Assembly (NCBI RefSeq): GCF_006345805.1
Contig: NC_043005.1
Span: 91,512,001 to 91,576,000 of the forward strand
Direction: 5' to 3'
DNA: 64,000 nt
DNA from: Octopus sinensis
Taxonomy: Eukaryota
The notes under the pieces are model-generated. The model did no database searches. It was not told the origin of the DNA and saw only the letters and a list, made by a program, of their open reading frames with translations. The number at the start of each line of letters is the position of its first letter. Positions within the stretch are counted from its first letter, which is position 1. Positions 25,546-40,078 of the stretch are shown in pieces. The translations under genes and the position numbers were made by a program.

Positions 25546-25827
25546 GGTCATGGTGGATGTGGTCGTTTCCAGCCTAAAATACGTCGGATGGGTTTGGATT
25601 TGATAGCAGAGTGGAAGCAAGTGAATGAAGATTCACAGGAGAAGAAAATTACCCTAACAGCTGAACGAGTTTTGGAAATATTTAAAAGAATATCGGATGA
25701 AGAATGCCAAATTCTGGGAATGGATCCCAAATATTCTCGCCCAGATTGGATGATAGTTACTGTATTACCTGTGCCTCCCCTTCCCATGAGGCCAGCTGTT
25801 GTTATGTATGGTTCTGCCAGAAATCAG
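25546..25827 (+). CDS. POLR2A: RPB1 exon 4
   Basis: [17 protein letters not shown]...[30 protein letters not shown]. Confidence 0.97.
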
Positions 25828-26621
25828 GTTAGGAAGGATCTATCTTATTAATAACTTTATCTCAGTCATAGCAAGTGTTCAAATAAACTTTATAAATATT
25901 TTAATTATAAGTGAAATTTTTTTTTTCAGTGTGTATATTTTCAGTATAGAAACACTGCACAATTTATTTTATTGTAAATTCACTGTTTTGTCTTTATTAA
26001 TTCCTAAAAAATAGATGCTGTATATCTGAGAAATGTTTAGGACAAAATTTATAAACACATATGCAGGCATGGTCACATGGAGACAGGGTTCATTTGTGTG
26101 GCAATTTAGCAAGTGTCTTCTATTCTGTAGCTTTGGGTTGATCAACTCCTTTTGAGTGTAGTTGGTTGAGGAGGCACATTGTGTGTGTGTGTGTGTTTAC
26201 GTTCTCTATTTGTGAAAAAAGGTGATTGTTGACATTCCCTGCTAACAAATTATCTGGTAGCTTAAGATAAATTGTGTAAATGATCTATTAATTAAAAAAA
26301 AATGATAACAGTGACAAGAAGAGCATCAACTGTGAAAACAATTCTTGAATATGTATTTGTCCAACCCATGCCAGCATGGAAAAAGCTAATGAACAAATGA
26401 AAATGCATATATGATACTAACTTTAATATTTGATGAATTAATCGACAATAGAAATCTGAATATGAATTCTACAAGACAAGAATTTAAGAATAATATGGAA
26501 ATGATAACTAGGATTGTGTAAACTACATGACAACTCTAGGATCTCGTGAACATTTTTTCCTTCTTCATATATAAATGTTTTTCTGTCAAGCATTTGTATT
26601 CATTTAAATTTTGAATTTCAG

Positions 26622-26783
26622 GATGACTTAACACACAAATTGGCAGATATTGTCAAAGCAAACAACCAGCTTCGTAAAAACGAACAAAATGGAGCTGCTG
26701 CTCACATTATTGCAGAAGACACTAAAATGTTGCAGTATCATGTGGCAACATTAGTGGATAATGAACTGCCAGGCTTACCTCGG
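26622..26783 (+). CDS. POLR2A: RPB1 exon 5
   Basis: [17 protein letters not shown]...[18 protein letters not shown]. Confidence 0.97.
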
Positions 26784-27179
26784 GTAGGTATATTAAGCTC
26801 GTTTCTTTTGTTTCTTAATTGTTTTGATGTTTTAGAAGTATTAAATATCTGCTTTTTGCAGGAAAAAGTTTTCCAAGAATGACATTTCAGGGGAAATTAC
26901 TTAATTGCTGAAATGAATTGGATTTTGTTATTTTACTAGTTCAGGGCAATGGGTTGACAAACTTGTCAAACAAAATGCCTTGCAATATTTAGTTATAGCC
27001 CTTTAAACTCTGAGTTTAGATCCCACAAAGTCAATTTTACCTGTTGCCCTTCTAAGGGTTAATAAAATAAAATTCTAGTCAAATACTTGATTATTCTCTC
27101 CCAACAAAGTTTCTGGCCTTCTGCCTGTGTTAAAAATAATTATTTACTAATTTGGTATTATGCATGTCTAACCTATGCC

Positions 27180-28498
27180 CGCATCATCATCATCATCATC
27201 ATTTAGCGTCCGTTTTCCATGCTAGCATGGGTTGGACGGTTCTACTGGGGTCTGTGAAGCCAGAAGGCTTCATCAGGCCCAGTCAAATCTGGCAGTGTTT
27301 CTACGGCTGGATGCCCTTCCTAACGCCAACCACTCCGTGAGTGTAGTGGGTGCTTTTTACGTGCCACCCGCACTGGTGCCAGACAGAGCTGGCAAACGGC
27401 CACGAACGGATGGTGCTTTTTATGTGCCACCGGCACGAGGGCCAGGCGAGGCTGGCAACGGACACGAAACGGGGCGGTGCTGGCAACGGTCGCGAAACGG
27501 AAAGTTCTCTTACATGCCACCGGCACTGGTAACACATCTGCAATTTCCATTGATCGATTTCGATTCTGATCCTCACTTGCCTCAATGGGTCTTCACAAGC
27601 AGAGTTTCGACATGCCACCGGCACTGGTAGCACATCCGCAATTTCCATTGATCGATTTCGATTCTGATCCTCACTTGCCTCAACACGTCTTCACAAGTAG
27701 AGTTTTGTGTCCCAAGAAGGGAAGGTATGCATACGTAGGCTGGCTCCATCCCATGTAGAAGGCCACGGGTTGTGGACTCACTTGTCCTGCCGGGTCTTCT
27801 CGCGCACAGCACACTTCCAGAGGTCTCGGTCTCTAGTCATTTCCTCAGTGAGACCTAAAGTTCGAAGGTCGTGCTTCACCACCTCGTCCCAGGTTTTCCT
27901 GGGTCTGCCTCTTCCACAGGTTCCCTCAACCGCTAGGGTGTGGCACTTTTTCACACAGCTATGCCTCTTCCACAGGTTCCCTCAACCGCTAGGGTGTGGC
28001 ACTTTTTCACACAGCTATCTTCATCCATTCTCGCCACATGACCATACCAGCGCAAACGTCTCTCTTGCACACCACAACTGATGCTTCTTAGGTCCAGCTT
28101 TTCTCTCAAGGTACTTACACTCTGCCGAGTGTGAGTACCAGCATTACACATCCATCGGAGCATACTGGCTTCATTTCTAGCGAGCTTACGCATATCCTCA
28201 GCAGTCACGGCCCATGTTTCACTGCCATGTAGCATGGCTGTTCGTACACACGCATCATACAGTCTGCCTTTCACTCTGTGCGAGAGGCCTTTTGTCACCA
28301 GCAGAGGTAAGAGCTCTCTGAACTTTGCCCAAGCTATTCTTACTCTAGCAGTTACACTTTCAGCACACCCACCCCCGCTGCTGACTTGGTCACCTAGGTA
28401 ACGGAAACTATCAACTATTTCTAGTTTTTCTCCCTGGAAAGTGACGGAAGTTGGTCTCAGAGCATTTTCAGTGTTTATTGTTCCTGAGCATCTGCCAC
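27180..28498 (-). mobile_element. young 5'-truncated RTE LINE in RPB1 intron 5
   Basis: Minus frame CGRCSGTINT...DSFRYLGDQVSSGGGC...TKGLSHRVKGRLYDACVRTAMLHGSETW...RRLRWYGHVARM, followed by the 3'UTR and a (GAT)n tail at 27180-27200. Confidence 0.92.
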
Positions 28499-28929
28499 TA
28501 GGGATATTAAATGATGTGTTATTTTAAGTATTTAAAGTTTATCTTCACAATTTCTATTGTATGTGTATGAAATATTGTTCAAATGATATTGAAACATTTC
28601 TTATGCGTTGGTATTGATTGCTATGAGACATGTGTTTTGTTTTCAGAGGAAATTTTAAACTAAATGTTGTTCATGGGCGTTTAAGATGTTGAATTGTAGA
28701 TTATAAATTCGAACATTGGTTTATATTAAGCAGAATTCCTTATCTGCTCAGTTTATCACACAGAAATTTGTTATTCCTACATCACAATTGGCTCTGCAAC
28801 TGTAAAACACATCTTATGTAAATTTTGTACAATTGTAGAAATGTTCAGCTGAGGTAGCATGATAAGATAGTTTTGGTAATTGAATAAATTCGGTTCAATT
28901 TGGTTCTATAATAGATCTTTGTATTTTAA

Positions 28930-29169
<240 letters not shown>

Positions 29170-29434
29170 TAATTTCCTCTCAAGCATTCACCCGTTATAT
29201 GATTTTATTTAAATGTTTTTGAAACGAGACATGTTTGGTTGTATTTTTGCAATTCATTTAAAATTTCGATTACGTATCTGTTTTGAGAGTTTGGACTTGA
29301 AATTTGTATTAATAAATTCATTCTCTGCAATCCATATGTTAATTATGAAATAATTGGATAACATTTTGATAATTGTTTTGAAATTAAAAATATAATTAAA
29401 GCTAATTTTGGATCAAAATGTGTTCAAGTAAAGT

Positions 29435-29800
29435 AGTTTTTACTTGTTTGTCATTTGACTGTGTCCATGCTTGAGCACCACCTTTATTTGAACAAATCTA
29501 CCCCAGAACTTATTTTTGTAAGCCTAGTATTTATTCTATTGGTCTCTTCTGCTGAACCGCTAAGTTCTGTTGGCGTAAACACACCAACATTAGCTGTCAA
29601 GCAATGGTGGGTGGGTGGGACACACACGTACACATACATATATACGATGGGCTTCTTTCAGTTTCTGTCTATCAGATTCACTCACAAGGCTTTGGTCAGC
29701 CCAACGCTATAGTAGAAGAGCCCAAGGTGCCACGAAGTGGGAATGAACCCGGAACCATGTGGTTGGAAGTAAGCTTCTTGCCACACAGCCATTCCTGGTT
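29435..29800 (-). mobile_element. tRNA-derived SINE, RPB1 intron 6
   Basis: Reverse-complement head (gaacccggaaccatgtggttgg...ccacacagcc) and tail (tttgactgtgtccatgcttgagcacc). Confidence 0.8.
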
Positions 29801-30017
29801 CCTTTTTTTTTATTAAAAAAAATTTTCTTAGAGGATTTTTAAGATGTGAACAATATTGGGACATATAATTTTCAATTTTGGGGTAGATATAATTTTTGAA
29901 TTAGTTTTTCTTTTTCTGTTAAAAATACTTCAGTTTATCATCTAACAAAATGGGTTTGTACTGGAGATGAAAAGAAAGTGTGGTATAATAAAGTTTTTAA
30001 AATGTTCATATTTTCAG

Positions 30018-30150
30018 AATGCATGATTTGGTCAATCGAGGTGCCAATCAATACCCTGGTGCTAAATATATTATCAGAGACAATGGTGAAAGAATTGATC
30101 TACGATACCATCCTAAAGCTTCAGATCTCCATTTACAAATTGGTTACAAG
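30018..30150 (+). CDS. POLR2A: RPB1 exon 7
   Basis: (R)[44 protein letters not shown]. Confidence 0.95.
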
Positions 30151-30265
30151 GTATGATAAATGTTATTTCTTTCCTTGAGGTCACATTCCTTCTGCAACAA
30201 AATTATTATTCTATACCTGTGTTATTGTTGCAGTTAATAATCTATTTTTTATTGATTTTATTAAG

Positions 30266-30390
30266 GTTGAGAGACACATGCAGACCAATGACGTTGTCAT
30301 CTTTAATCGACAACCAACACTTCACAAAATGAGTATGATGTGTCACAGAGTCAAAGTTCTACCTTGGTCTACATTTAGATTAAATTTAAG
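30266..30390 (+). CDS. POLR2A: RPB1 exon 8
   Basis: [41 protein letters not shown](S). Confidence 0.97.
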
Positions 30391-30715
30391 GTAAACTTGA
30401 ATTTAATTATTTCTATTGTATTTCTATCATGCATACTTCAAAAATGATGTTATTATTGAATTAAATTGACAATATTATGTTATTACCATTGAAGATAAAA
30501 TTTATAGAACACTGTGGTAAGTTCAAAACAAAAAGATTTGGTTTAAATTAATTTCTTGGATTTAAGTAAAAAGGAGTTCAGTTGCCAGGAAGACTTGTAG
30601 CTTTGTAACTAATTAAAATCTTCATTAAATTTCCTTATGGAAATTCAGTTGATTTGTAAAATGGGATGGTAGATTTTGTACTTACATTTCATGTGTATTT
30701 GTACTTATATTTTAG

Positions 30716-30926
30716 TGTAACAACCCCTTACAATGCTGATTTTGATGGTGATGAAATGAATCTTCACTTGCCTCAATCTTTGGAGACAAAAGCAGAAATT
30801 TACAACCTGGCTGCTGTACCTCGTATGATTCTCACTCCTCAAGCCAACCGGCCTGTCATGGGTATTGTACAGGACACACTTGCAGCTGTCAGGAAAATGA
30901 CAAAACGGGATGTCTTTTTAAGCAGA
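30716..30926 (+). CDS. POLR2A: RPB1 exon 9 (catalytic NADFDGD motif)
   Basis: [21 protein letters not shown]...[12 protein letters not shown]. Confidence 0.98.
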
Positions 30927-31038
30927 GTAAATACGTTTGTCTTTTTATTAAAATTTGTTTTTTGCTTTCATGCCATTTTTTTTTTGTTCTGAAAGTAAAG
31001 ATTTAAAAATGCTTTTTCCCTTCCTCTTATTCTTTCAG

Positions 31039-31248
31039 GCTCAGATGATGAACTTACTCATGTACCTTCCACGATGGGATGGACGCATGCCTCCTCCTGC
31101 TATTTTCAAACCCAAACCACTGTGGACTGGGAAACAGCTCTTTTCTCTGATCATCCCAGGACGTGTCAATTGTATCCGTTCACACAGCACTCACCCTGAT
31201 GCTGAAGACGAGGGACCTTACAAATGGATATCTCCAGGAGACACAAAA
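31039..31248 (+). CDS. POLR2A: RPB1 exon 10
   Basis: [36 protein letters not shown]...WISPGDTK. Confidence 0.97.
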
Positions 31249-31454
31249 GTTAGTTTTTGCTTGTCTGTTTAGAAGATAGCACATTTTCATGGAATGTCAT
31301 AAATGGGATTAACTAGTTAAACAGTTTCATTTAATCCAATAATTTTGTTGTGTAGTTCAGGAAAAGACTGTATTCATAATCTGTTGAGTCTGTCATTATG
31401 CTGCAGCATCAGGTGGCAAGTGTTATGCATGATATTTATACAATTAATATTCAT

Positions 31455-31627
31455 CATCATCGTTTAACGTCCGTTTTCCATGCTAGCATGGGTTGGACGG
31501 TTCGACAGGGGTCTGGGAAGCCAGGAGGCTGCACCAGGCTCCAGTCTGATCTGGCAGTGTTTCTACAGCTGGATGCCCTTCCTAACGCCAACCACTCTGT
31601 GAGTGTAGTGGGTGCTTTTTACGTGCC
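31455..31627 (-). mobile_element. RTE 3'UTR copy, RPB1 intron 10
   Basis: catcatcatcgtttaacgtccgttttccatgctagcatgggttggacgg... Confidence 0.85.
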
Positions 31628-31984
31628 GATCTGGATATTTCTGAAAGACAGCAGTAATCAGTATTTTAGTTTGTCTCTGCATTTGCCTTAGTCAACTATT
31701 GCTCATCACACAGTGGTTGCATCATCCCAATGTGCTTTAGATAAGGAGTAACACTGAGCTTTTGAAGAATGTCGACATGCATTTCTAAATCATGGTTTTA
31801 TTTTAATTTTCATGCAAGTTTAGAGTTTGATGCAGTTTACAAATATGAAGTTGTAGCTGCTCTTGTAGTTAATAATTGTAGAAAAGTGAATGAGGTAGAG
31901 TTTTGAGACTCTGTAGGAATGTCAATTAATCATGAATGTAGCTGAGAAATCTTTAGGCAGGGTTTAGTGTCAGAATTTAACATT

Positions 31985-32360
31985 TTTGCTACTACATTTC
32001 TAACTAAAACACACCTGTTATGTGCTTCAGTTAAATTCTAAAATAATCATAAATTTAGACTGGTTTCATAAAAAAACGCTTTTTATTATTGATGTTATTT
32101 TTGGAACTCAATTTTAAAAAAAATATTCTTAATCAAATCTTTGCATAATTTTTGTCTCAGAGTTAATTTTATTACAGGTAAATAGAGGTAAATTTAATGA
32201 AATGTAAAATTACAATTTTGTTTAGGCATCACCATAGAAAATGAGTTATTAGCTAATATTCAGTTGGGTCTACAACAAAATTTTAATATAGAAGAATTGT
32301 GTACATTACTGAATTATCTACCCATTTATAATTCTGGGTTGCTTTCTTATACCCATAATA
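31985..32360. repeat. AT-rich dispersed repeat (probable MITE) shared with 46568-46915
   Basis: Colinear blocks catttctaactaaa...aattaaattctaaaataatca...ccatagaaaatgag...agaagaattgtg in both introns; the 46568 copy begins TTAACCCC. Confidence 0.6.
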
Positions 32361-33609
32361 ATGTTGATAGCAAGAATTGCTTAGATTTTCTCTTGGTTTA
32401 TTGTTCTGCATAATGATTCATTTCCACAATTGCTTCAACCAAATTCAAAGGAAAAATTAAAAAGAAAGTCTGATTTTGTTTCCTTGGAAAGGCTGTTCCT
32501 AGGTCCAGTCTCTTCCAAAAAAAAAAATCACTAAGAAAAAGTTACTCCATTCAAGTGCAAATTCATGTCCTTTATTTGCTGTTGGAATTGCTGGTTTCAC
32601 TTTTAGGAATCGAAATGGCCAGTTCATAATCACATATGTAGTTTTTATGTTTGTTATATACTTTGCTATATTTCTGCATGTCTTTTGAAAAGCCTTTGAA
32701 TTTTGATTCACTGCTTGACTACATGAAACTGGTATCCATTTTTTGTCAGTAAAAAATTGATGTCGCTAAAAATTCTCTGAAAATTAAAGAGCTCATATCA
32801 AGTCAATGTCAGACACTGTAACACAATTGTTTACATTGTGAAATCATGTTTTCACAAATGTACAAATGTGATTTGTGCTGAAATTCTCATTTAAATTTAC
32901 CTTGGGTAATTCTAGGCAGGTTGGTGACATGAGCCAAAAAAATCCTCTGGGGCTTTGGAATTGAAAGGTTTAAAAATTTTTTGACCTTGAAATTAAATCC
33001 TACTGTAATTTAGAAACTAGATTTAAATTGTTTTCATTTTGTGTAGTTTGTGAATTTTTTGCCTTCTCAGAAACCTAAGTAATTGTTTTCAATAATATCA
33101 ATGTGGTGTCTTTGAAATGGCAACCTAATGTAAAGGATTTAGAACAACAGTTTGTATTTTAAAGCAAGTCAAGTTTAAGAAGTTTGCTTGGCAACCATGT
33201 AGTTTCAGGTTTAGTCCCACTGACCAGCACCTTCATAGCCCCGAGCTGACCAATTTCTTGTGAATGGATTTGGTAGACAGAAATTTGTGTATTGTCTTGA
33301 CAACACATAATTGTAAATGGACATCACCATTGTATAAATGATGCTCTTTGAAATCTTTTGTGAAAACCTGTCCAGATATTGTGCTGTCTTTATTTAATGG
33401 AGGAATATTTACTTGCTTGGAAATAGATGAATGTTGATGACAGAAAGAGCAGTCTGACCATAGAAAATCTACCCCCAGTGAATTTCATTGAACCCAGGCT
33501 TTTAAATAGTAAATTTATGATGTTAGTCATTTAAATTTTGTACTACTGTAATCATTTAAATCTTATCTACAATTATAATAATGAAGAGTGATTCAAAATA
33601 AGTTTTAAT

Positions 33610-33990
33610 GTTTGACTGCGGCCATGCTGGAGCACAGCCTTTAGTCGAACGAATCGACCTCAGAACTTGTTCTTTGTAAGCCTAGTACTTATTCTGTTGG
33701 TCTCTTGCTGAACTGCTAAGTTACGGGACGTAAACACACCAACATTGGTTGTCAAGCGATGGAGGCGGGGACAAACACAGACACATGCACACACACACAC
33801 ACACACACAAATATACACATGTATATGACGGGCTTCTTTTAATATCTGTTTACCAAATCCACTCATAAGGCTTTGGTCAGCCCAAGACTATAGTAGAAGT
33901 CATTTGCCCAAGGTGCCATGCAGTGGGACTGAACCCAAAACCATGTGGTTGGGAAGCAAGCTTCTTATCACACAGCCACTCCTGCACCTA
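33610..33990 (-). mobile_element. full-length tRNA-derived SINE, RPB1 intron 10
   Basis: Head (reverse complement of ggtgcaggagtggctgtgtgataagaagcttgcttcccaaccacatgg), central (TG)n and tail ggccgcagtcaaac. Confidence 0.85.
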
Positions 33991-34074
33991 AGTACATTTG
34001 ATAATTAATACTTACTATATAACCAGTGGCAGTTAAAATTGTTAAAACAATTTTTCTAATTATATTTATTATAG

Positions 34075-34323
34075 GTTCTTATTGAAGATGGTGAACTGCT
34101 GTCTGGTATTTTGTGCAAAAAGACTCTTGGTACATCCGCTGGTTCTTTGGTTCATATTGTCTTCTTGGAGTTAGGGTATGAATGTGCCGGCCTCCTGTAT
34201 GGTGATATTCAAACTGTTGTGAATAACTGGCTTCTTCTAGAAGGACATAGCATTGGTATTGGAGATACCATTGCTGATCCATCAACATATCGTGCCATCC
34301 AGGACACCATTCTCAGGGCTAAG
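34075..34323 (+). CDS. POLR2A: RPB1 exon 11
   Basis: [28 protein letters not shown]...[12 protein letters not shown]...ILRAK. Confidence 0.97.
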
Positions 34324-35177
34324 GTGAGTAGTGTGTTCCTCTGTTTCTGTGATCTGTATGTTTCATATTGAAGGTTTTGTACAAATTGTTTTAATATTGG
34401 CATCTGAGAACAGTAAATGATTTGATCAGGATTGTTTTTGATGCAGAGGGAACTGTAACCCATCAGCATATCAAATAAGTTGAAAGCTTGGTGCAGTGCT
34501 ATGTCTCTGGCAGAGGCATTTAGTTCTCAATACCCAGTTCACTCAGCTATAATTACATAACAGAAGTACAGCTTCTTTGAAGGAAAATATTTTCATTCAA
34601 CTGCCTTTTTGCATAGCTACCTATTTACAACTTAGCTTTCAAAGGAGGTAAATGCCATAAAGAGTGAGGAAAGATTTCAAGTTGAGTTTAATCAATAAAT
34701 TTATGACTAGATAATCCATATGTTGATTGAACTGCAAGAAGTTGATGGAACTATAATTAGAATTAAAATTTATATAGATGTGAATTTTTATTATACTCTC
34801 ATCACTTTCTTCCTCTTTGCTCTCCTCTCTATTCCTCAGATCCTCTTTTTTACCAGTGTCTCCAAATTATTGTAGGTCTTTTCCAGTGGGAAACTTTGAT
34901 GAAATCTTGTTATCACATAAATGTTTGTGCTGATATTAGATAGATCTAAGTGATATCTGATACAAATGACAAAAGATTGATATAAAATGCTGAGGATTTC
35001 AAATGATCTTTTGTCACTGTTTACTTGATTTTAAAATATAGTTTTATTCACATTTTTTTTAGTTAAAAATAGTTCGATTTTGATACTTTAAATGATGCTT
35101 ACTATAATAGTTACATAGCATTAAAGAAATATAGGATATTGTTAATTGTTTGTAAATTTGTTTATTCTTTTTAAAAG

Positions 35178-35267
35178 AGTGAAGTGAAGGAAGTAATTCA
35201 GAAAGCCCACAATGATGAATTGGAACCAAGTCCTGGTAATACCTTGAGACAGACTTTTGAAAATCAG
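35178..35267 (+). CDS. POLR2A: RPB1 exon 12
   Basis: [30 protein letters not shown]. Confidence 0.95.
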
Positions 35268-35412
35268 GTAATGTTTAACATTTTCTTGTGAGAATTAATG
35301 TATAGTATTGTAATATTAAATGTACTAAGTTGCTGACATTTAACGTTTTTGTTTCAATTTTGTACTTATTTTGCTTGCACTGAATTAATCTGGTTGAAAA
35401 TGTATGTTTCAG

Positions 35413-35541
35413 GTGAATCGTATTTTAAATGATGCCAGAGACAAGACAGGTAGTGCTGCTCAGCGCTCATTGTCAGAATACAACAACTTCAAAGCTATGG
35501 TTGTAGCTGGTTCGAAAGGATCAAAAATTAATATTTCACAG
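35413..35541 (+). CDS. POLR2A: RPB1 exon 13
   Basis: [43 protein letters not shown]. Confidence 0.97.
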
Positions 35542-35603
35542 GTCAGTTGCTATTAACAATATTTTTTTCTGTCTATTTTCATCAAATATATTAGTACTTT
35601 TAG

Positions 35604-35993
<390 letters not shown>

Positions 35994-36381
35994 TAATGAT
36001 TTCAATGTTAGAATGGTTCATATGTTGATAGGCACTGATGCCTTGGATGCTTTTTGATGTTGGTTTCTTTTTCATAGTATTGTTATAATCTTCAATTAGA
36101 ATTTTCAACTTGCTTGCTCTAATATCAAATGCTTAAAATTTTATAAGAAATAACTTTTTTCTCTTGTAATTTGGGAATACAACTTGCTGTTTATTCCTGG
36201 ATAATTCTGACTTTATAATCATAATGTTTCAAAGTAATAAAGCTTCATTGTGTTGCAGTTGCTGAAATTGCATATATTAGTCATATATAGTAGAGAATAT
36301 TGACAAAGAATACCATAGTAAATTAATGTTATGAATGTTGCTTAGTTTTTTTCAACATTACATTATTTTGTTTTGTGATAG

Positions 36382-36592
36382 GGTATATTCAGAGACGTCT
36401 GATAAAAGCTATGGAAAGTGTAATGGTAAAATATGATGGAACAGTCCGAAACCAAGTAGAGCAACTTATTCAGTTACGTTATGGTGAAGATGGTTTGGAT
36501 GCATGCTGTGTAGAATTTCAGCAGATGCCTACTTTGAAACCCTCCAATATTGCCTTTGAGAAGAAATTCAAATTTGATGCTTCCAATGAGCG
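36382..36592 (+). CDS. POLR2A: RPB1 exon 15
   Basis: (G)[23 protein letters not shown]...[10 protein letters not shown]...ASNE(R). Confidence 0.97.
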
Positions 36593-37446
36593 GTAAGTGT
36601 TGATAATGGGAAATATTTCAAATATTTGTACTGTTGAATATAGATGGCGTTTATTAGTATACAGACTAATCTATCTTAGTATTGAACAAGTCTTATTGAA
36701 AGAAATAGTGAGGATCATTATCTTTAATATTTTTCATGCTGGCATGTATTAATGGGTGTGCTGTACAGCACCTCCAATCTCATTCTTTCTGTCATTTCAT
36801 CTTTGGTGTTGTAGCATACTAAGATTTGACCTCACTGCTTATTGAGTCTTCCATTATCTAATCTTATCAATTAATATCACAAGTTTGAGCCCACTAGCCC
36901 TCTACATCTTTGCATGTTGAAACTACATCATCATCATCATAGTCCGCCTTCCATGCTGGCATGGGTGGACCCAACTAATTATATTTGATGTCTCTCCTCT
37001 CGCTGCTGATCTTCTACACTTACTCTGCCTCCTGCATTAAACAGTTTATGTTTTGTGTGGAGAGAGAATTGTTTCTTCATAACTTTTGCTAACACTAGTT
37101 TGATCATTTACTTAGTTAACTGTCTCAGTAGTTTATGAATTTACAATTACTGCTAACTATTGTATGTCTACCACATATTAACTACCACTTCTCTGTTAGT
37201 TTGTTAGAGATTATATTAAATATTTTGTCTGCTTATCTAAGATTTTTAAAAGGCAACTATAAGATTGTGCCTTTAAAAAAAACAATAACAAGGAAAGAAA
37301 AACTAGTTAATGCAGAAATATATAATAATAATGAAATTATTGTATATGCATTGGCATTTTCCATTATTTGTTACTTCCACAATAGATTTGTGCCATTTTA
37401 AAAATTCCAGCTGGTAATCGAAGATAATTTTTTTGTCTATTTGCAG

Positions 37447-37591
37447 TAATATGAAGAAATGTTTGACTGAAGAAACAATGAAGAGTCTGATGAGTGATCC
37501 ACATTCTATTGCTGAACTTGAACGAGAGTGGGAACAACTTACTTCTGACAGAAATATCTTGCGAACCATTTTTGACAAAGGAGACAACAAA
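37447..37591 (+). CDS. POLR2A: RPB1 exon 16
   Basis: NMKKCLTEETMKSLMSDPHSIAELEREWEQLTSDRNILRTIFDKGDNK; phases fit both neighbours. Confidence 0.92.
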
Positions 37592-38196
37592 GTAATATGA
37601 TTTTACTGATTTCACTTTACAATGTAGAATTTCTTTCCTTTTTGAGTTGAAAGATTCTTGCAATAAGATGATTGTTTTGTAGACTTTTCTCTAGAGTGAA
37701 TAAGTATATTTACACTAAAGTTTAGTTGTTTTGATCTCCAATTCTTATTGTCTTACTCCTGAATATGTACATCGATTCTGGCTGGGTTTGAATCCAACCT
37801 CAATTAGTTTACATATTCAAGAATAAGACACTTGTTAATGCTTGAAGAGCAAATGGTAGATATTAGATATTGTAAACATACTATTAAAAAAAAAAAATGA
37901 AGTTAATAGTTCATTTTAATGACATTAATTTCAGAACATTTTGACATTTGATTGGATTGACTTTTAACAATGTTTAATCATAATTACAAATTTTTGTCCT
38001 ATGCAATTATTAAGTAGTTATAAATTTGACTCCAGTAAAAAATTGTGTGTTGCAGTAATGTTTTAGTTTAGAAGATTATCTCCTAAAGATAAATAAATTG
38101 TCCTTCAGTATTATCTTTGGTGGTGGTTGGACTTACCTCCATATATCTAGCTTTCATTATTTTTTAAAACAAAATTATGGATTTTCTTTTCCAAAG

Positions 38197-38302
38197 GTTG
38201 TTCTTCCTTGTAATTTACAAAGACTGATTTGGAATGCACAGAAAATCTTTCGGATTGATAAAAGAAAGCCATCTGATCTTCATCCGATGAAAGTTGTTGA
38301 CG
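38197..38302 (+). CDS. POLR2A: RPB1 exon 17
   Basis: [35 protein letters not shown](G). Confidence 0.96.
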
Positions 38303-39023
38303 GTAATAATGTCTTAATCTTTTACGTTTATTTTGAGGTGGTGAGCTTTTGCCAACTAGTGTTCTGAGTTCAAATTCCACTTGGGTTGACTTTGCTTTAC
38401 ATTCTTTCAGGGTTGACAAAATAAGTAACAATTGAGCACTGAGGTTATTGTAAGTGACTTATCCCTGTCCTTGAAATTGCTGGCCTTGTGCTAAAATTTG
38501 AAACCAATATTTTAGGTTTATTTTCCTAGCATTAATTATAGTTTTGTATATGTCAGAATTGCAGTATTATGTAACAAATCAGAATTAAATTATTTAGCTT
38601 TCCATCCTTTGTCGTTTCATTCTTTAAGCATGTCACTAATAAACATGAAGTAATAGGTAAGTACCTGATAAGCAAGCCCATAATGTGGTTTCAACCGATT
38701 TGTCAAACTAATACAAAGTAAGCTGAAAATTCCCCAACATAAACATATTGCATTCTTTCTAAAATATAAAGCTTTTGTGCATTATGCATATAGATCAATG
38801 TTATTTATATTTAAATTCTGTAGCAGATCTTCGTTTTCATACCACTTGCCTCAGAATCAAATATATAGAGCTTCCAAGATTAATATAATTAAGTGGAAAC
38901 ATCACTTTTAAGATTTATGAATTAACAAAACTATAATGTGGTAGATATAGTTACTTGCCAGTTAAGATTGAACTTGTTCTGCATACAGTATTGAGATATT
39001 GGTTGGGTTTTTTTTCATCACAG

Positions 39024-39229
39024 GTGTTCGTCAGTTGTGCAAGAAACTGTGTATTGTGGCAGGTGAGGACCGATTGAGTATAATTGCTAATGAGAATGCA
39101 ACCCTTTTGATGAAATGCTTAATCCGATCAACATTGTGTGCCAAACGGGTGGCTGAAGAATACAGGCTTTCTACAGAAGCTTTTGAATGGCTCTTGGGTG
39201 AAATTGAAACCCGCTTTCAACAGGCTCAG
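39024..39229 (+). CDS. POLR2A: RPB1 exon 18
   Basis: (G)[18 protein letters not shown]...[14 protein letters not shown]...[16 protein letters not shown]. Confidence 0.96.
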
Positions 39230-39417
39230 GTAATTGATTTTACGAATTAATAATGAATCTTCTGGATTCAAATTTTGATGTTTATTTTTAGATTGATACT
39301 GTAGGGTAAGTGTGAAGGGCCAGATCTGGTTGGTTTTAACATAAACAGAATATATGTCTAGATTTGAAGGACTTGCTTCACTTTTTCTTTATTTTTCTAA
39401 TTCCTCCTATGTGATAA

Positions 39418-39675
<258 letters not shown>

Positions 39676-39749
39676 TAAATTACAAAACTTATACTCTTGT
39701 TCTTTGATCATTCATTTGACTGCAGCCATTTTAAGTCTGGTCCTTAATG

Positions 39750-40078
39750 GGTGCAGGTGTGGCCATGTGGTAAGAAGTTTGCTCCCCAATCTCATTGTTC
39801 TGGATTCAGTTCTACTGTATGGCACCTGAGGCGTGTATCAGACCGACCAAAACCTTGTGAGTAGATTTGGTAGATGGAAACTGAAAAGAAGCCTGTCGTG
39901 TGTGTATGTGTGTTAGTTCCCTCACACCACTTGGCAACTGATGTTGGTTTGGCAAACGAGACTAATAGAATAAGTTGCAGGCTTTAAAATAAGTACTGGG
40001 GTCGATTTGTTCAATTAAATCTTTCAAGGTGGTGTCCCAGCATGGTTGCAGTCCAAAGACTAAAACACGTAAAAGATA
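39750..40078 (+). mobile_element. tRNA-derived SINE, RPB1 intron 19
   Basis: gggtgcaggtgtggccatgtggtaagaag...tttggtagatggaaactgaaa...ccagcatggttgcagtccaaagactaaaac. Confidence 0.8.

Noticed and set aside
34896-34960. Possible C/D box snoRNA in intron 11 (TTGATGA...CTGA...CTGA)
   Set aside because: Imperfect C box, no terminal stem and no antisense element I could recognise; these motifs are common by chance in AT-rich DNA.
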